Shown in pieces: positions 60,827 through 64,000 of a DNA stretch of 64,000 bases. Position 1 is the stretch's first letter; the number at the start of each line of letters is the position of its first letter. The position numbers and the translations under genes are program-made. The notes beneath the pieces were generated by a model, which was not told where the DNA came from, searched no databases, and saw only the letters and a program-made list of their open reading frames with translations. The stretch comes from an uncultured virus (IMG/VR IMGVR_UViG_3300031555_002006) (Duplodnaviria; Heunggongvirae; Uroviricota; Caudoviricetes). Location of the stretch: the IMG/VR virus record IMGVR_UViG_3300031555_002006; one strand, given 5' to 3'.

Positions 60827-60952
60827 ATGGAAGATCGTTGTGTGTGCTGCGGCGCCATCGTTCCCGAGGGCAGAATGGTTTGCCCCATGTGCGAAAAGGA
60901 GGCCGATGCCAAAATCTCTCGGGAAGGAGGTGGTGCGAATGGTAACTCTTAA
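60827..60952 (+). CDS. 41-aa Zn-ribbon microprotein (not in the ORF track)
   Basis: RBS aaaggag; MEDRCVCCGAIVPEGRMVCPMCEKE... Confidence 0.65.
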   Translation: MEDRCVCCGAIVPEGRMVCPMCEKEADAKISREGGGANGNS

Positions 60953-61283
60953 CGTTGGCAGCCTCGTCCTTGCCTTCATCGCCGCCATGGGCATCCCCAG
61001 TGCGATCATGGGCATCATTGTGAGACGTATGGAAAAGCGTATCGCAAAGAGGGACGAGGCCAGAGAAGCAAAGGACAAAGCTCAGGAGCAGCTGCTCCTC
61101 CTGATTGTCCAGAGCAACGGAGCGGCTATCGCTCTGGGCGAGGCAACCGCCCGGGCTGTTCAGCGTATCCCCGATGCCCATTGCAATGGGGATATGCACG
61201 AAGCCTTGGCGTATGCCACAAAGGTTAAACATGAGCAGAAGGATTTCTTAGCAAAGCAGGGTATTCATGCCCTGGCAGAATGA
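60939..61283 (+). CDS. Membrane protein of the lysis module
   Basis: N-terminal hydrophobic segment plus coiled coil; RBS ggaggtgg. Confidence 0.65.
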   Translation: MVTLNVGSLVLAFIAAMGIPSAIMGIIVRRMEKRIAKRDEAREAKDKAQEQLLLLIVQSNGAAIALGEATARAVQRIPDAHCNGDMHEALAYATKVKHEQKDFLAKQGIHALAE

Positions 61284-61295
61284 AAGGAGTAAATT

Positions 61296-61619
61296 ATGTT
61301 CGACATTACTGACATCATCCTGGCGGCTTTGGCGCTGGTGTCTGTCATTATCTCCACGGTTGTGGTTCCTTATGTCAAATCCAAGACCTCTGCGCAGCAG
61401 CAGGCAGAGATCAACTCTTGGGTCAAGATCGCCGTGTCTGCTGCCGAGCAGATCTATGTCGGCTCCGGCCGCGGCGCAGAGAAGAAACAGTATGTTCTTG
61501 ATTGGCTGCATCAGCGCAATATCACCGTTGACGAAACCAAGCTGGATGCCATGATCGAGAGTGCTGTGTATGCCCTGAAGACCAGTGGCCTTGTCGCCTT
61601 GGAGGTAACCAATGGTTAA
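61296..61619 (+). CDS. Holin (LL-H-like)
   Basis: One TM segment; AVSAAEQIY..G.GAEKK..V; IESAV. Confidence 0.85.
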   Translation: MFDITDIILAALALVSVIISTVVVPYVKSKTSAQQQAEINSWVKIAVSAAEQIYVGSGRGAEKKQYVLDWLHQRNITVDETKLDAMIESAVYALKTSGLVALEVTNG

Positions 61620-61884
61620 CATCATCGAAAAGGGCGGCTACCTCGTCGATGCCGCCACCGGCCAGAAGGTCGTTTTCTATGAGTGTGACCCCGAGAAGAA
61701 CACCGAGTGCGGCAAACAGATGTGCCGTCACGATGCCGCAGAGGACGAGGGCGGCTTCGGTTTTTGCGCCAAGACTGATAACCCCGCCTTCCGCAAAGAC
61801 GGCGGTAGGGCTTGGTATGCGGTCAAAAAGACCCCTGACGAGGGTGAGCCTTATTGGGGGCGTGAGTACATCGAGGGGGTGTAA
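61612..61884 (+). CDS. Hypothetical protein
   Basis: ORF between holin and endolysin, overlapping the holin stop. Confidence 0.6.
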   Translation: MVNIIEKGGYLVDAATGQKVVFYECDPEKNTECGKQMCRHDAAEDEGGFGFCAKTDNPAFRKDGGRAWYAVKKTPDEGEPYWGREYIEGV

Positions 61885-61887
61885 GCC

Positions 61888-62733
61888 ATGATGTCTGTTG
61901 CTGAATGCCTCGCCTATGTCGAGAGTCATCTGGAAGTGCGCATTGCCACCCAGAACGGTGCATGGAGATCTGGTCGCAAGATCAACCCCGATGGCTCGGT
62001 TAACCATTCTGTCGGCTGCGCCCAGCCCAGCGTCGATGTCTTTTTCAATCTCATGAATAAGACGAGCGCCGGTTGGGGCGTAAACGCCCTTCTGGGCGAC
62101 TTCCATAAGGGCGAGGGTCGCATCATTCTTGCCCTTGATATGAACACCCGCCCCTGGGGCTGCGGTTCCGGTCCGAAAGGATCTTGGAACAACAGCAAGA
62201 TCCAGTGGGAGGTCTGCGAGCCTGCCGGTCACACTTACGCAGGCGGCACCATGATCGGGTACGACGTGGCGAAAAACACACCGTACTTCGAGCGCATGTG
62301 GAAGATGCTCGTGGCGTGGAACGTCTATTGCGTGGTCAAGCTGGGCTATCCCGTGGATGGTATCAGAGATCACGCCGAGTCCCACAAAGCCGGCTATGGC
62401 TCCAATCATGGTGATATGGGCCACTGGCTCCCGAAGCACGGTAAGAGCATGGACGCCCTCCGGGCAGAAGTGCGCAACATTCTGAATAACAAAGAGGAGG
62501 ACGACGATATGGATGTCGCAAGATTTAAGGAACTGTTCGATGAAATGCGCAAGGAGCTCCGCGACAACGACTCCAGCGAATACTCCGAGGAGGCTCGCGC
62601 CTGGGCTGTCGATACCGGCATCATTCAGGGCGGCGATGCCAAGGAGTTCAACGGCATGTGGGAGGATATGATGACCCGCGAGCAGCTGGTCACCGTTCTG
62701 TTCCGCTTTGCCAAACTCGTTGGCCTTGCGTGA
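61888..62733 (+). CDS. Endolysin, N-acetylmuramoyl-L-alanine amidase with SLH-like C-terminus
   Basis: HSVGCAQP, WGCG, IQWEVCE, HAE..SNHGD; AWAVDTGIIQG...TREQ. Confidence 0.85.
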   Translation: MMSVAECLAYVESHLEVRIATQNGAWRSGRKINPDGSVNHSVGCAQPSVDVFFNLMNKTSAGWGVNALLGDFHKGEGRIILALDMNTRPWGCGSGPKGSWNNSKIQWEVCEPAGHTYAGGTMIGYDVAKNTPYFERMWKMLVAWNVYCVVKLGYPVDGIRDHAESHKAGYGSNHGDMGHWLPKHGKSMDALRAEVRNILNNKEEDDDMDVARFKELFDEMRKELRDNDSSEYSEEARAWAVDTGIIQGGDAKEFNGMWEDMMTREQLVTVLFRFAKLVGLA

Positions 62734-63044
62734 TGGCGGGTAAGCGAGAGAAAAAGCGCCAGAAGCGCGAATGGAGTAAGATCTTCCCCCTCATTGTGGT
62801 GCTGCTTGGCTTCGTGATCGCACAAGAGTGCTTGGTGCTTATGGTACTCTGCGTAATCAGGGGCTATACGGCAACCGCAGCGTGGCTCACAGCCGCAGTC
62901 GGTTTGGCCGAGGCCGTCATAGGCCTTGGCCTGAACAGCTACATGAGCCTTGCAAAATCCGACCACAAAGAGGGTGGCATCACCTTCGAAGCTGCCAAAG
63001 CGAAAGGCTTTGAGCGCCCGGACGGGAACAGCCCGCCCATCTAA
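62733..63044 (+). CDS. Two-TM membrane protein
   Basis: Start overlaps the endolysin stop; two hydrophobic segments. Confidence 0.65.
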   Translation: MAGKREKKRQKREWSKIFPLIVVLLGFVIAQECLVLMVLCVIRGYTATAAWLTAAVGLAEAVIGLGLNSYMSLAKSDHKEGGITFEAAKAKGFERPDGNSPPI

Positions 63045-63051
63045 AATACCA

Positions 63052-63101
63052 GCCCCCGTGCACTATTGGGTCTCCCTTAGTGCGCGGGGGCTTCTTTTTT
63101 T
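63052..63101 (+). terminator. Late operon terminator
   Basis: gcccccgtgcacta...tagtgcgcgggggc followed by a T-tract. Confidence 0.75.
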
Positions 63102-63203
63102 ATGCTCCTACGTCCGAATTTATAACCTGTTTCGTGATAATCTGACAATTTACAATCTGATATGACAGGAACTGTTATATTATACGAGAGGAGCGCTAAA
63201 GAC

Positions 63204-63461
63204 ATGATTAGAATTCTACTGTCCAGGAAGCTTGGCGAAGTTCGATGGACGCAAGCTGACCTCGCACGGGCCACGGGTATTCGACCCACCACGATCAACG
63301 AAATGTATCACGAAATGGCAGATAGGGTAAACCTCGAGTATCTGGACCTTATCTGTGAAGCGCTGGACTGCGACTTGTCTGAGATCATGGTGAGAGAGCC
63401 GAACCCCGAGCCGAAGGTGACCCACTACAGAGCGGGTCTCAGAAAAAAAGGGAGTAAGTAG
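63204..63461 (+). CDS. XRE/Cro-like HTH regulator
   Basis: TQADLARATGIRPTTINEMY...LDLICEALDC. Confidence 0.85.
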   Translation: MIRILLSRKLGEVRWTQADLARATGIRPTTINEMYHEMADRVNLEYLDLICEALDCDLSEIMVREPNPEPKVTHYRAGLRKKGSK

Positions 63462-63516
63462 GAGGACCTGTTTTCCGCCTGCTTGCTCCCTTTGTGCCTT
63501 GATTGGGACGCAGAAA

Positions 63517-63553
63517 CGCCCACCTTGCAAATTGCAGGGTGGGCGCTCTTTTT
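63517..63553 (+). terminator. Terminator between convergent genes
   Basis: cgcccaccttgca-aat-tgcagggtgggcg followed by ctctttttt. Confidence 0.7.
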
Positions 63554-63923
63554 ATACAGCCTTGGGCATATATCGGAGGTTCTCGGTGCCGATGTTAATG
63601 TTGTAGGCTTCTGCTGCCTCGGCAGCTTCTGCGAATGTGGGGAACGTAAGCATTGAGCCGCGAACCCTCACCCAAGACTCAGCGGCGCCGAAAATGGAGT
63701 TTGCCGATCTCACGGCCCAAATGCCCCAGCATTCACCGGTGTACTCTCCCGGGAAGTCGATGATCTTCGAGTCCTCGTGCTCGTCCTCGTAGTCAGGGAG
63801 GCCGTTCAGCCAGTTTTCGATGATGGGGATATGCGGGAATATGTAGTCGGCAATAAAGCCGCCCACAGCGAGGATAATGGCGAAAACGCCAAGGTATCCG
63901 GAGAGGAGAAAGAGATCATCCAT
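63552..63923 (-). CDS. Hypothetical membrane protein
   Basis: N-terminal hydrophobic segment; RBS aaggagg. Confidence 0.6.
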   Translation of the reverse strand: MDDLFLLSGYLGVFAIILAVGGFIADYIFPHIPIIENWLNGLPDYEDEHEDSKIIDFPGEYTGECWGIWAVRSANSIFGAAESWVRVRGSMLTFPTFAEAAEAAEAYNINIGTENLRYMPKAV

Positions 63924-64000
63924 TATTTACAGCCTCCTTCATCTTGATATAGGCCCAACCGGTCAGCGAGGTACGGCTATCCATCATGTCTTCCAAGGCC

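Larger units (their letters stand above)
36..64000. mobile_element. Temperate myovirus-like prophage (right end not in window)
   Basis: Ordered integrase, repressor, replication, terminase, portal, capsid, sheath, baseplate and lysis modules. Confidence 0.95.

Noticed and set aside
63000..64000. attR search
   Set aside because: No copy of the guaA 3' end or of the TGGCTCTAC repeats was seen by eye; the prophage end is not called

Overview
The window is almost entirely one temperate, contractile-tailed (myovirus-like) prophage, probably of a Clostridia/Oscillospiraceae-type Firmicute (host inferred from gene content). It is integrated at the 3' end of guaA (positions 1-35); the right attachment site was not found, so the element probably continues past 64000. 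Gene order: tyrosine integrase; nuclease-like accessory gene; CI/Cro switch with four operators; early/replication genes (SbcD-SbcC fusion, initiator, PcfK/PcfJ-like pair, RecU, its own DnaN clamp, Dam); late activator; a five-gene Na+/solute symporter + 2x PAPS-reductase-like + 2x ParB-like operon; packaging/head genes, with the portal fused to a Nudix domain and a toxin-like tip followed by a small acidic gene; tail and baseplate; a radical SAM/SPASM + 28-Cys CxxxC-repeat protein cassette inside the tail module; a 2224-aa adhesin-like protein diversified by a diversity-generating retroelement (VR, TR, RT); and lysis genes. The best candidates for undescribed biology are the tail-embedded rSAM cassette, the symporter/PAPS-reductase/ParB operon and the portal-Nudix-toxin fusion. 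All family assignments come from motif recognition and synteny, not database searches.
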